A program made the position numbers and the translations under genes. A model generated the notes under the pieces. It saw nothing but the letters and a program-made list of their open reading frames with translations. It had not been told where the DNA came from and searched no databases. From NCBI RefSeq assembly GCF_016433145.1, contig NC_058136.1:2933370-2997369 (forward strand): 64,000 nt of DNA, written 5' to 3'. Source of the DNA: Gracilinanus agilis (Eukaryota). Shown one piece after another: positions 1 through 11,492 of this stretch (positions within the stretch are counted from its first letter, which is position 1; each line of letters starts with the position of its first letter).

Positions 1-280
1 ATATAAAGGAAACTCTAAAGACAAATCCTCTTTTACTTGGTAATGGATGGTACTGGATATTTTCAGAGATTGTTTCTTTCTTTCCTTTTCTCCTCCTTTT
101 TCATTGGCTCTTTGGCAACTTGCATAGTTGTAAAAAGACAACCAGCACCCTTGACATATACGTATTAGAATGGCCTGACTTATAAGAAGTGAACTATGCA
201 TTGCTAATATTCAGCAAAAGTCAACTACAACTGGATTAAAATTCCCTCTGTGAACCTTAAGCAATTTATAACTTGTAGTC

Positions 281-545
281 ATAGGATTCTAGCTCTAGAG
301 TTAGAAGGGCTCTCAGAGAACATCTAGTTCTCCCCTCTCATTTTGAAGAGGGGGAAAGTGAGGCCTAGGGATAATAAGTGACTCTCTAAGGTCACATGGG
401 TGTTAAATATTCGAATCCCAATCCTCTGACTACAAATGTAGAATTGCCCAAGACACAGGGAGTTTAGGTGACTGCCCAGGGCCTCACAGCTAAGTGTCAG
501 ACATAGGTTTTTCTGGTGCCAAGTCTAGAGTCTGTCCACTCCCCC
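281..545 (-). mobile_element. MIR/CORE-SINE fragments
   Basis: Reverse CORE motifs (ctagagttagaaggg...tcatttt...gaggcctaggg...gtgact...aggtcaca). Confidence 0.6.
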
Positions 546-649
546 ACATTGCCTCTCTCCTACTCAGCAATCATCAGGAATAGATTTGGTCTGTCTTCAA
601 TCATTGGAGAGCAGATTTGGAAGCAGAGCAGATCAGAATTGTGGGGTTA

Positions 650-1551
650 GTCTTTCTTTGGAGTAGGATTTTAATAGATGCCTACTTTTAAATATTTCAA
701 AAAGCCATTCCATAGTCTTATGTGTCTAGCAGGCCAGGACTACAAATATATATCATCTATCAGTTGTCAAGGTAGCCATTGCCTCTTTTCTAAAATCATC
801 AATGACAGGTACTAAGGATCTTATTCATGGGAGGCCAAGTATCAGAGGAAAAGTATCTATACTACGGGGAAATGGGTATAATATGGGGAAAAACTAATAT
901 AGATAGATAATTATTACTCTGTATCTAGACAAATTTTAAAATCCAGGTCATTAAACCGTGCAGGGAGGAAACGGATGTAACTTTCCCCTGCATTGTTATT
1001 ATGTGCTGCTAGAATGAAGGCACCATCTTTCTTTGATTTAGAGCATTGTTTCTGTTATCTCTATCTTATTATGACTTAGCATTTGGTTCTAGCTTTCAAA
1101 AAACAGTCCTGATTTTCATCATTTTTTTTCTTCGGGACAAAAAGCAATGCCAATAGTTCCAAAAATTGCCTGGAATAAAATTTGTGGTAGGTTTTTTACA
1201 AATGCTGCCCTATAAAATCCACACAGAGTTACTAACTAAATAAAGGTTAATACATCAAAATTTAAAGTAATAAAGCTTAAAATAATTCTATAAAAGAGAG
1301 TACATCCCTTTGAGAGTATATGGAGCTTGCAATCATTCTCTATAAGCTGCATCTCTCATCAGAATCACTCCTCGCTACATTAAAAGCTGAATGTTTGTTT
1401 TCATCATTTTCCCAAACACAACAGAAAGATAATCGAATGAATGACAAAATATTTGCAGATGAAAAGTGCAAATGTGTGCATGTGTGCAAACTTCAAGGTA
1501 TTTGACACGGTTTCAATCCCTGGAAATAGCCAATCATTTCTTCTGATGTTG
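650..1551 (-). other. Probable 3' UTR (end not defined)
   Basis: AT-rich, repeat-poor sequence following the TAA. No AATAAA found on the minus strand; an ATTAAA variant sits at 670..675. Confidence 0.55.
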
Positions 1552-1632
1552 TTACCAGTTGAAGAATGTATTTCGCCCGAGGGTCATAAAGTAAATCTGA
1601 CTGGAGCCAGATTGGACAGAGGCAAAAAATAC
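1552..1632 (-). CDS. Last coding exon of GCK-IV kinase (CNH C-terminus)
   Basis: Acceptor ttttttttctcccctaag|GTA; 81 nt, phase 0; VFFASVQSGSSQIYFMTLGRNTFFNW*; matches the family terminus VFFASVRSGGSSQV[YF]FMTL...W. Confidence 0.97.
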   Translation of the reverse strand, partial: VFFASVQSGSSQIYFMTLGRNTFFNW

Positions 1633-1905
1633 CTTAGGGGAGAAAAAAAAAGAGAAGTTGAGACATCATCAGCTGGCAGTTTAGAAATTTTCACCTGATA
1701 TTTGAAAGAGAGAAAAAAGGCTTAACACCACAATTTCAATTCACTTTCACATATTCAATGAGAAAAATTCCACTGATTGTGCAAGCTTTACTTTTTGAAA
1801 CTTACTGATTTTAAAAAATGAGGGTCAATGTTAGGGATAGGAGGAAAAGGCTAAATTAATATGAAGTCTGAAATGAATTTTAGACTCTTTTAACACTAAT
1901 GCAAA

Positions 1906-2094
1906 GGGAAGCTAGGTAGCACAGTGGATAGAACTCCAGGCCTGGATTTGGGAGGACCTAAGTTCAAATATGGCTCAGAACAGTTATTAACTGTGTGACC
2001 CTAGGCAAGTCACTTAACCCCAATTTCCTAGCCCTTGCTACTCTTGTCTTAGAAACGATATTAAGACGGAAGGAAGGTAAGAGTTTAAAAAAAG
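1906..2094 (+). mobile_element. Opossum SINE1-type CORE-SINE, older copy
   Basis: gggaagctaggtagcacagtggatag...gtgtgaccctaggcaagtcacttaacccc...aagagtttaaaaaaag. Confidence 0.75.
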
Positions 2095-2145
2095 AGAGAA
2101 AGAAATGGAGTGTTATCACTTTCTAATACATGTGGTATAAATCCA

Positions 2146-3120
2146 AGAATCTTAGAGGCCTCTAATCCAACCCATCTCTGAATAAGAATCCTACTCTATG
2201 ATAATACATGTATAACCCAATGGAACTGCTTGTTGGTTCTGGGAGGGGGGAGGGGAAAAGAGGAGGGAAAGTACATGAATCATGTAACCATGGGAAAATA
2301 CTTAAATAAAAATTAAAAAATAAAAAATAAATTAAAAAAGAAGAATCCTACTCTATAGTATTCCAGACAAATGGGCTTTCTACCTCTGCTTGGAGATCTC
2401 CAGAGAAGGGAAGCTCACCAATTCCCAGGGCAGCTCATGCCACTTGGAGAGAGTCCAAGCTATTTTTCCTTACATTAAATTCAAATCTCTCCCCACCCCA
2501 CCCCATTGCTTCTAGTTCTGTTCTCTGGGCCAAGTAGAACAAGTTTCAACTCTCATCCATGTGACAACCCTTCAAGGAATTGAAGACTGTTTGTTATCAT
2601 GTTGTGCTCTTCTCCAGTTTCTTCAACTGATCCACATATGATATGGGCTCAAATCTTCTCACTATTCTGATTGCCCTCTTCTGGACATACTCCAGTTTGC
2701 CTGTGTGCTTTCTAAAATGTCCTGGCCAGAATGGAACTCAATCCTCAATTTCCTCAATCTGTAAAATGAGGAGGTTGAACTAAATGATAGCTAAGGTCTC
2801 TTCTAACCTTAGAACCCATTTATTTTATTTCCAATACAGTCTGACTACGGCAGGATAGCATTTCAGAATTATTGCCACTTCCCTTCTTTGAGGTATTACA
2901 TTCTTTTTAGCTGCCATGCCACACTGTCAACTTAAACCCCAGATTTTTTCAGACAAATGGTCCTTCTGACCATTTAATACTTGTGAAGATGATTATTTTA
3001 ACCCAATTGTGAACCTTTATATTGACCCCTCATCATTCTATGCTGTTGAGACCTTTGTGGATCCTGACACAGACAATGTATTAGCTACTGCTCCTAGTTT
3101 TGTATCACTTACAAATCCAC
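2146..3120 (-). mobile_element. L3/CR1 LINE 3' fragment, interrupted
   Basis: Starts agaatcttagaggcctctaatccaaccc (reverse of the L3 tail), followed by typical L3 body; split by an L1 stub and a MIR piece. Confidence 0.6.
2200..2340 (+). mobile_element. L1 3' stub (141 bp)
   Basis: L1 3' UTR (catgaatcatgtaaccatgggaaaa) plus A-rich tail; perfect 16-bp TSD aagaatcctactctat at 2184..2199 and 2341..2356. Confidence 0.9.
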
Positions 3121-3139
3121 TAGGATTATCATCATTATC

Positions 3140-3360
3140 ATGACAGTCATTTATATAGTGCTTTAAGGTTTCCAGAGCCCTTTACCAATATTATCTAATT
3201 TGTTCCTATTTACAGTGGAAGGTAAGTACTATTATTATCTTCATTATACAGAGAAGAAAACTGAGGCAGAAATAGGTTAAGTATTACAGAACTAGGAAGT
3301 GTCTGAAGCTGGATTTGAACTCAGGCCTTCCTGACTCCAGGTCTAGCACTCTCCCTACTA
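3140..3360 (-). mobile_element. MIR-type SINE
   Basis: catttatatagtgctttaagg...gaaaactgaggcaga...ggatttgaactcaggccttcctgactcc. Confidence 0.75.
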
Positions 3361-4804
3361 CACAGGGTCACTACAGTATCTCTTTTTATGGTTTCATTTA
3401 AGTTGTTTTTGGAGATGTTGAACAAAAAAGGGTAGATTCCTGGGAGTGCTATATTACAGAACACGTCTTTTGCTGCCCCTGGGCACAAGATGAAACTAAC
3501 TCTGCCAACTTCCACTTTTATTCTTCTGAGGACAACTTAGTAGCTGCCTGCCAAAAGTCAGTACAGCCCAAACTCATTTGGAATCATCCCAAGTTGGGAC
3601 TTTGTACAGTAGGTCCAGATCATTGGGGTAAACAGAACAGTACTAGAATAAGCCCAGAATACATTGACTTTCTCCTGCCATGGCTAAAAATGACTCCTTC
3701 CACTCCATCATGTCTTCAGCACAGACCATATAGAGCAGACTTTCAAAAGTAGTGGAAGGATCTGCCTGCTAAGTAGCTGTCTTGTAGGGCTGTGTGTGCC
3801 CATGTTATGGGCTTTTTATTGACAGCTGTGATATGTGATAACTCTTTTTTTCATCTAATGAAACATATGCATGCTGAAATGGGGCCAACCAAAGATGTCA
3901 TTCAGCATGATGCAGTAGAAAGTTCACTGAATGTCAGAAGATCTGCATTCAAATCCCTGCCCTGACACTTATTACCTATGTGACCTTTTGGGTATTCTGT
4001 CTCCAACCTGGGCCTGGGTTCCTCTTTTATAAAATGAAGTGGTTGGACTAGATAACTTTTGAGGTCTTCTGATTCTGACCCAAAGGCCTCACCTGATTGA
4101 TGCATTCATTATAAGTCACCTTGGCTGTGTACTGGCCCAGCCTGCTGCCCACTCTCGGACACATGTGCTTTCTAACTTAAGCTTAACAAAGGTCCCCCAT
4201 TCTAAGCTCTGCCTTCTCATTCCTGCTAGCCTCTTGCCTGGAATCTGGAATCATTTGCTTTGGCTATCAATATTAATCAAATCAAAGACAGATGCCAAAC
4301 TTGCACTTTACTTCTGGCTACTCAAACAGCTTTAAGAGGCTATCTCACAGTCTGTTTAAAGGCCTTATTTTAATCTGAAAAGAAAAGGGTCTGTGGCTCA
4401 AATACAATAACCTGTTCTGCAGCAAAAGAAATAATGGCTAAACTCTGCTTGGGACATGACTGAAATCTTTGATTTTTATTGCACATGTTTTTCTTTGGAA
4501 ATCACATTTAATCTTTTATTCAATCAAGAAATGTTCCAGCTATTTCTGCTAGGAAAGGTGAATTTGCCTTTGGCAGAATTATGCAGACAGGTTTCTTAAT
4601 GAGAAGCAAGGAAAGGTATATCTCTCACTTGGTTAAACTAGTTAATTTCCAACTAGTTTAACTGACTGGGCTTCACCATTTGGGGGGAGGGAGCATGGTT
4701 AGTTCTTTCTTAATGGAAAAGCAAGGAAAAGCACATCTCTCACTTGGCTAAACCACTTAATTTCCAACTTATACTGGTTAATTGTTCCTTTAGAACATAT
4801 ATAC

Positions 4805-4944
4805 CTTGTCATTTCGTTCACACAGAAATTTGAGCTTCTGGGATTTCTTGTGCATGAACACTCCTTCCAGGTTTCCAGCTTCAACAGAGCGTAGCTCAAT
4901 TGCTCTCTCTCCCCAGCCCATTATCTGGTTTGACTGGAGATAGG
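4805..4944 (-). CDS. CNH-domain exon
   Basis: ttttctgtcactag|CC ... GACAAG|gtatat; 140 nt, phase 1 to 0; (A)[46 protein letters not shown]. Confidence 0.97.
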
Positions 4945-5309
4945 CTAGTGACAGAAAAACAAAAGGAAAAACTTAGAAAGCTGCCAGTTATGGTCCATTT
5001 TGAGTGACTGAGAGGCTGACTATTCAGATTGTGAATGAACCAGCCTGTCCTTTGCTGCCTTTCTTTCTCCCTTTGGCTGTAGCTTGCTGCCAGTAGCACT
5101 GTTTGGGATCTTGGTACTCAAACCTGTCCATGGTGCCAATTCTTTGCACCTTTGATAAGGGTCTATGACATCTGAAAGAAAGAGGACTTCTGGATTTCCA
5201 TTATTGATTAGATCCCTGATCCTCAACACAAGAGAGAATCTAGAGTGCTTTTTAAACAAACAAATGGAAATTCAATCAACTCATGCCCCTTATTTAAATA
5301 CAATATAAT

Positions 5310-5590
5310 CCGATCAATGAGTATTATTAACACCCTCTATATTCCATGCACTGTGCTTGGGATACTAATGTCCCTAGATATTAGCACTAGGGATTCAAAG
5401 GCAAAAATGAAAATGCCCCTGCCTTCAAGGAGCTTACACTTGATTAGGGAAGAAGATATAAGGATATCTATGTACATAATAAATACAACGTGATTCTGTA
5501 GGAGAAGGCACCAACACCTAGGGGTAGGGGAAGAGAGGATGGAGAGAAGCCTAAGTAGAAGATGGCACTTGAGCTTTGAAGGAAATGAAA
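5310..5590 (-). mobile_element. L2 3' fragment
   Basis: gcactgtgcttggg...aaaggcaaaaatgaaaatgcccctgccttcaaggagcttaca, the reverse L2 3' end signature. Confidence 0.6.
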
Positions 5591-6525
5591 TTCTAGGGGA
5601 GCCACAATTTATCTAGATTTATAAACCTGTTTAGCTAAAGTAGACAGGAACCAGAGAGACTCTTAGGGAGTGACAACCATTAAGGAAAAGGACTAGCTCA
5701 GTGAATTGATTATAGTGTTCGTAATGTAATTGAATAAATTTTCATGTTCAAAGTAGGCCTTAACCAGATTTGAAGTTTTTAAGTCTCTCTCGACCAAGAT
5801 TTTTAAGGTTTTAGCAGTTTTATATTACTTTATGGCAATAAAGATTATGACAATAAGTGCCTTAATGCAGAAATCCTCATTATGTAAATAACTGCTCAAC
5901 CACCTGGTGCTGTGAAGACAATGTCATTAAAGTTGAATGAAAGAGTCTGGAGCCTACATTTTTCATAGGGAAGCACATTTCCATAAATAAAGAAAAATCC
6001 TGACACTTAAATACTATCAAGGCTTTGACAGAAGGTGAAAAGATTCAGAAAAAAATTATATTAAGTAAAATAAAAAGATCATAATTCTGGACTCACCTAA
6101 ATTTTACTTTTCCTTTTTTTGTAAGAGGGAAGAAATTTAATACTACCAACCCATTTGTCTTTTTGAAGTTTTCTGGAGTTACTAGAATGTCTTTGTTTAA
6201 ACCAAAGCTGTCCCTGAGCTGTGGTTATTTATATCAAACAGGCATGAAAAGGCTTGTTAAAAGGTTATGACCCTTAAGTAGCAATCTCTTTGGTACTGAC
6301 AACTGTTCTGAGACAGAGAACATACCAAGAACTTGATAGTTCTCACATTCCCTTTCACAGTACATAGAAAATTGTTTGGGTCAAGATCCAAGTGCCCAGA
6401 GCCACCCAAACGAGCCATTCACCAACTTGTCTCAGTAGTGCCTCTTCCTCCTCATCCTTACCTGGTCTCATGTGGACTCTGACCCCCATAGTTGGTCATC
6501 TCTTCTTAGTATCAAACTTACCTCA

Positions 6526-6680
6526 TTTTTTTAACTCTGACCTTCTGTCTTGGAATCGATACTGTGTATTAGTTCCAAAGCAGAAGAGTGATAAGGGCTG
6601 GGCAATGGGGATTGTTAAGTGACTTGCCCAGGATCACACAGCTAGGAAGTGTCTAAGGCCAGATTGTAACTTAGGACTGC
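6526..6680 (-). mobile_element. SINE1-type, 5'-truncated
   Basis: ccttctgtcttggaatcgatactgtgtattagttccaaagcagaagag...gtgacttgcccagg. Confidence 0.8.
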
Positions 6681-7453
6681 ACCAAATTTATCTTTATATA
6701 TAAATAAGTGTTTAGTGCATTTAACTAATTATGTTGGTTTTCTGCTTCCTTAGATTGGACTTCTTTGTTTCCTTGCATCCCTAGCACTCAGGTTCCCAAT
6801 ATCCATGCCAGTGAGGAGACTTGGCTCCTAGTGGGCTCAGCACTTAGAAGGGTTTCCCCAGCAGATAATACTAACAGATCCAACTCTTGCATCCCACTCA
6901 GACAAGACTTGGCCATTCTTCTACTGACAATAGGTTCCCTAGAGACCAAAGTAATCACAGGTCTGGTCTAACCCCCACCACCACCACCATAGCACTTCTA
7001 AGTTTGCAAAAAGGTTTATGTCCATTTTTTTTTCATTTGAACCTCACAATAACCTTATATGGTAGGACTGGATTTCCAAAAATCAGGAGAGAGGTGAGGG
7101 ATTTCAGGCATGGAACAAGGCACATATTTTTAGGCATGGTCAGTGTGTCAATTTTCAGGCCTGGTGTTGTCTACACTGTGCCATCTAGCTGTCCCAGGTA
7201 GTAGCATTTAGAAATGGGGCTAGACTAGAACACTAGAGTATTTGACTGAGTATTCCAGAATTTTAAGACTCCATTGCACACCCTCTTCTCAGTACTCAGA
7301 AAGGGCCACAATTATTTACATGTCTTAGTTGCTAGAAAGATACCTCAAAAAGGGGAGTAGGCCTTTTTAGTGTCACTTGCCCAAAGAGTCTTCTAAGGAT
7401 TTTTTCTGATTTTAATAGCTTCCAGAGTGATTGCATTTATGACTCTATATTCT

Positions 7454-7685
7454 GTGGCAGCTAGGCGGCACAATGAAGAGAGTGCTGGACCTGGATTCCA
7501 GACCACACTCTTACTAGCTGTATGACCTTGGGCAAGTCCCTTAAGTATGGGCTGCCTCAGTTTCCTCATCTGTAAAATGGGGACAATAATCCTTGCACAG
7601 TTGTTGTGATTATCAAATGAAATAATGCTTTGTAAAGTTCTTTGCAAACCTTAACTTGCTACAAAAATGCCAGCTATTATTATTT
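7454..7685 (+). mobile_element. MIR-type SINE, near full length
   Basis: gtggcagctagg...gtatgaccttgggcaagtc...cctcagtttcctcatctgtaaaatgggg...gctattattatt. Confidence 0.8.
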
Positions 7686-9373
7686 TTTGGAGATTTAACC
7701 TATAAATAAAAATGTCTTTTTACAATGCTATCTTTAAACTTTAATTATAAGAATCATTACTTTTGAGATGGAAAGGAACTTAGAATTCATTCCATTTACA
7801 ATTCTATTTTATTTTTATGTAACTTTTAGGATTTTTAAATTTTTTTCCAGTTAATAAAGATTTATTTTCTTTCCTTTCTCCTCCTTCCTACCAAGAAGGC
7901 AAAAGCAAACCCTAATAACAAATATGGGTAGTTCAATAAAACAAACCCCCACATAGACCTTGTCTGAAAATGTGTTTCTCATTATTTATCTTCAGTCTCT
8001 CACCTTTCTATCAGAGGGTGGTCAGCTGCTTCATTATCTATATTATTTATTTTACATATGCATAAGGCAAAGTCTATAAAATTATATTAACTTTAAGAAA
8101 AGCAAAACCAATAGGGTCCATGACTAAGCCAGAGGGGCTTTTGGATGCCATTCCATGACCCCCTTCTACCCCAGAAGATAATTAAGAGTTCACCACCTCC
8201 ATAATTAATAATTAGGTCAGTGTAAGAAACTAATTCTGCTGCACATACTTCTTACCATTAACCCCATCTCTAGCTCATACTGTGCTGGATGTTTGGAAGT
8301 CCTACTAGAGATGTTCCATTACTTTTTCCCCTTTTAAAGCTCAAATGTTCTTTGGGGGAGACATGGGAAGCCTTATGAATAATGTTTTGAGGCTAGAGTA
8401 TAAGAAACACTGGACAGAGAGTAAGTCCTGGGTTCTTTGTACTGGTTTTGCCAATGGCTAGTTAATTACCCCCTTCTCCAGTTATATGTGAAGAAAGGGC
8501 TAGATTATAAAGGCTCTCCTTTTCCTTTCAGCTCTGATAGCCTATGTTTATGAAATAACCTTTTGGGTCAAGTATAGTTGTGCCTAAGGATAGTGGGCTG
8601 GGCTAGAAGAATGGAAGCAGTGATGTAGCAGATAAAGTGCTGGATGCGGAACTAGAAAGAAAAGTCAAATCCTATCTCTGATATGTGACTAGCTGTGGGA
8701 TCCTGTGCAAATCACTTAACCCTTTGAGCCTCAGTTTCCTTCTCTATAAAAATGGGGGAGTTGAATTGTATGGTTTCTGAGGTCCCTTCCAGCTTAAGAT
8801 CTCTGATTGTAACCCTATGACTTTTTACCATCCCTTTGATCCCTACAACTAAGTATCAAATGGTGTTAATACAGTGACTCTGGATTTCCTAGTAGAAATG
8901 AACTTCCTTATTTCTGTTTCTGATGAACATGTTGGTTGCAGAGATATCACTGTAAAGATTAGACCCAGATCTGTTATTTTTAGGTTCTTTTGCCCCAGAT
9001 CTGCCAATTATGTTGCAAGTCTTAGCCTTCTCTGTCACTGAAAATGGGCTCCTTGAGAGTTGATGGTTTCCAACCTTTTCTGGGCTCTCACCTATTTGAA
9101 GAAATGGGGACACGTTTTTAGGGCACTTTTTCAAATAGGGTCACAGATTCTCCTCTTTTTGAATACTGGTATGGTTGCTGTTAGAAAACATAAATGCTCA
9201 TGCTAAAGAAGCTCTCTCACCTCAACTCCACCACAGGTTCCTACTGCCACAGACAGCCTAACCTAATTGAACTAGAGAGAGAAAGGTCAAGAGGAGCTAA
9301 GAAAGTTTATTGAATATTTGACTCTAATGCAAGGGCAAGGACAGGATGGTTGGGTAACTGATCAGGTGGACAT

Positions 9374-9600
9374 TTATTTATTTATTTATTTTAGTTAGTT
9401 TTTTTTTTTAACCCTTACCTTCCATCTTGGAGTCAATACTGTGTATTGGCTCCAAGGCAGAAGAGTGGTAAGGGTAGGCAATGGGGGTCAAGTGACTTGC
9501 CCAGGGTCACACAGCTAGGAAGTGTCTGAGGCCAGATTTGAACCTAGGACCTCCCGTCTCTAGGCCTGGCTCTTAATCCACTGAGCTACCCAGCTGCCCC
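9374..9600 (-). mobile_element. SINE1-type, young
   Basis: (TTTA)n/T tail, then aacccttaccttccatcttggagtcaatac...gagctacccagctgcccc; degenerate TSD tcaggtgg..attta. Confidence 0.92.
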
Positions 9601-10299
9601 CTCAGGTGGTTATTTAAATGGCTATAGTCCAGACATCTAACTTTCCATCATGGGTTGGGGGTGAAGAGTGGAGAAAATTTGTTTATGGGCCGCACAGCAA
9701 CAGGAATCTTCTGGCTAGACAGGCATATTTGCTTGAAGGTTCCTTTGGCCTGCTTGTGACACTCTTCTAGTGTCTCTGGTTTGCATGGAAAACAACTGAC
9801 CAAGTGGACTTTCTCAAATGTCTGAACACCAAGAAAATATCCTGACCAACACTACTCCTATGTTCAATTGAGCTGCAAAACAAGGAGATAGTTCTTATGC
9901 TAAAGGACAGCTCTTTTATTTAATATATGGGTGACCTTGAGTGTGTCACTTCCTCTCAATGAACCTCAGTTTCCTCATCTTAAAAATACTGGAATTGAAC
10001 AGCTGGAATCTGTAGAAGGTCATGACAATGAAGCCTCTTTACCCTAACCCTGTCACTGGTGCTTGAGGCCAGATAGAGTCCATTATAACTGAACTTGAGA
10101 AAGAAAGGTCAAGAGAGAATGAAGAAGGAATGGTTGGCCCTAACAAAACAGGGAGGAGAAAATGATACTTCTGTGGAAGAGTCAGATATCAGGAGAGCAC
10201 TCAACTAAAAGTACAAAATACAAAGGACTTGTACCCACAACCATAAACAGTCAAGACAACTCCATTTTTTTCTTGGAGTATTCCAAGGAAGTCAAAGAT

Positions 10300-10710
10300 A
10301 TAAAGAAAAGTCCCAAATACATGAAAGCATTCATAGCAGTACTTTTGGGGGGAGGGCTTTAAGGAACCGGACACATAGTAAATGTCTTTCTATTGGAGAT
10401 AGCTAAACAAGTGTGGTACATGAATAGAATGTAATATTATTGTACTGGATGAAATCATGAAGAAGAAGCATTTAGAGAAGCATGGGGAAGACTTCTATGA
10501 ATCTATCCTGGTGAACAGATGTGGAAGTACAGAAATGAGGCACATTAAATATGGAGTGCTACCTGTAGATAGTTCAGTTTGGCTTTATAATTTTATTTGA
10601 AATTCCTTATTAGAAGGATTCCATAAAGGAGGTGGGGGAAAGATATTAGGAAATGACTGTAATATAAAACAGCTGAAGTTTATCAAGGAAAAGAAAAATA
10701 AATGATAAAA
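10300..10710 (+). mobile_element. Old L1 3' fragment
   Basis: tcatagcagtacttttgg...aaacaagtgtggtacatgaatagaatgtaatattattg, an ORF2 end/3' UTR pattern. Confidence 0.55.
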
Positions 10711-11332
10711 AAATCAAATAACATGGTTGGTTGAGATGATCTCACAGCTACCTTCAAGTTCTCAATTTCCTAGTCCCATGATCCTATGACTACAGTCTGG
10801 GTGAGATAGTAAGTGGAGTTCATTAGAGAAAGAAGGCCAGTTGTCTTCATCTTTTATGGACTTGAACACAAGTTCTTGGTGTTTCATGTTCCCTGTGTTT
10901 TATGTGACTAGAAATCTATGAGCCTGGGAATTGTATCTACATGAAACACTACCACGAGGGATTTCAATATTTTCCACCCATTCTGTGTGTTGGTCTCTTT
11001 AATAAAGGCAGACACGAGAATAAACCATCCGGAAAGGAGAGCTTTTTAACTTGTCTGTATACATTCTGCATGGAGAGTGAATGAAAATAAAATTAATATA
11101 TGGTTATAGAATCAAATCTGATCAGATTTCAGCGATGTGATTATAGTGAATGAACACCAACATCTCAGAGTTTGTCATTGCCCCAAATGTTGTAAATACA
11201 GAATGCATATTAATCACTCAGCCTGCTGTGCTCTAATGAAAGGATGATTGAGGGTGGACCAGCTCCATTTTCAAGCTATCTGAGCATTTAAGAAGTCTCC
11301 ATCAAGCTATTTGGGTGGAGGCTTATACATAC

Positions 11333-11492
11333 CCACGCATCCTGGCATTTCTCCCCACTGCAAAATTGCTTCCTTAGTGAAATGTCCATATATGTCAACA
11401 TAGACACCTTCATCTTCATAGGTGAGCAGAAGTTCTGTGCCACTAGTATTGGGCAGAATGATGATAGTATGTGGTTGAATGGTTCCATGGAT
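11333..11492 (-). CDS. CNH-domain exon
   Basis: attattccag|ATC ... GTG G|gtatgt; 160 nt, phase 0 to 1; IHGTIQPHTIIILPNTSGTELLLTYEDEGVYVDIYGHFTKEAILQWGEMPGCV. Confidence 0.96.

Noticed and set aside
1238-1274. Plus-strand AATAAA hexamers as the end of a convergent gene
   Set aside because: No plus-strand exons were found, and such hexamers are expected in AT-rich sequence.
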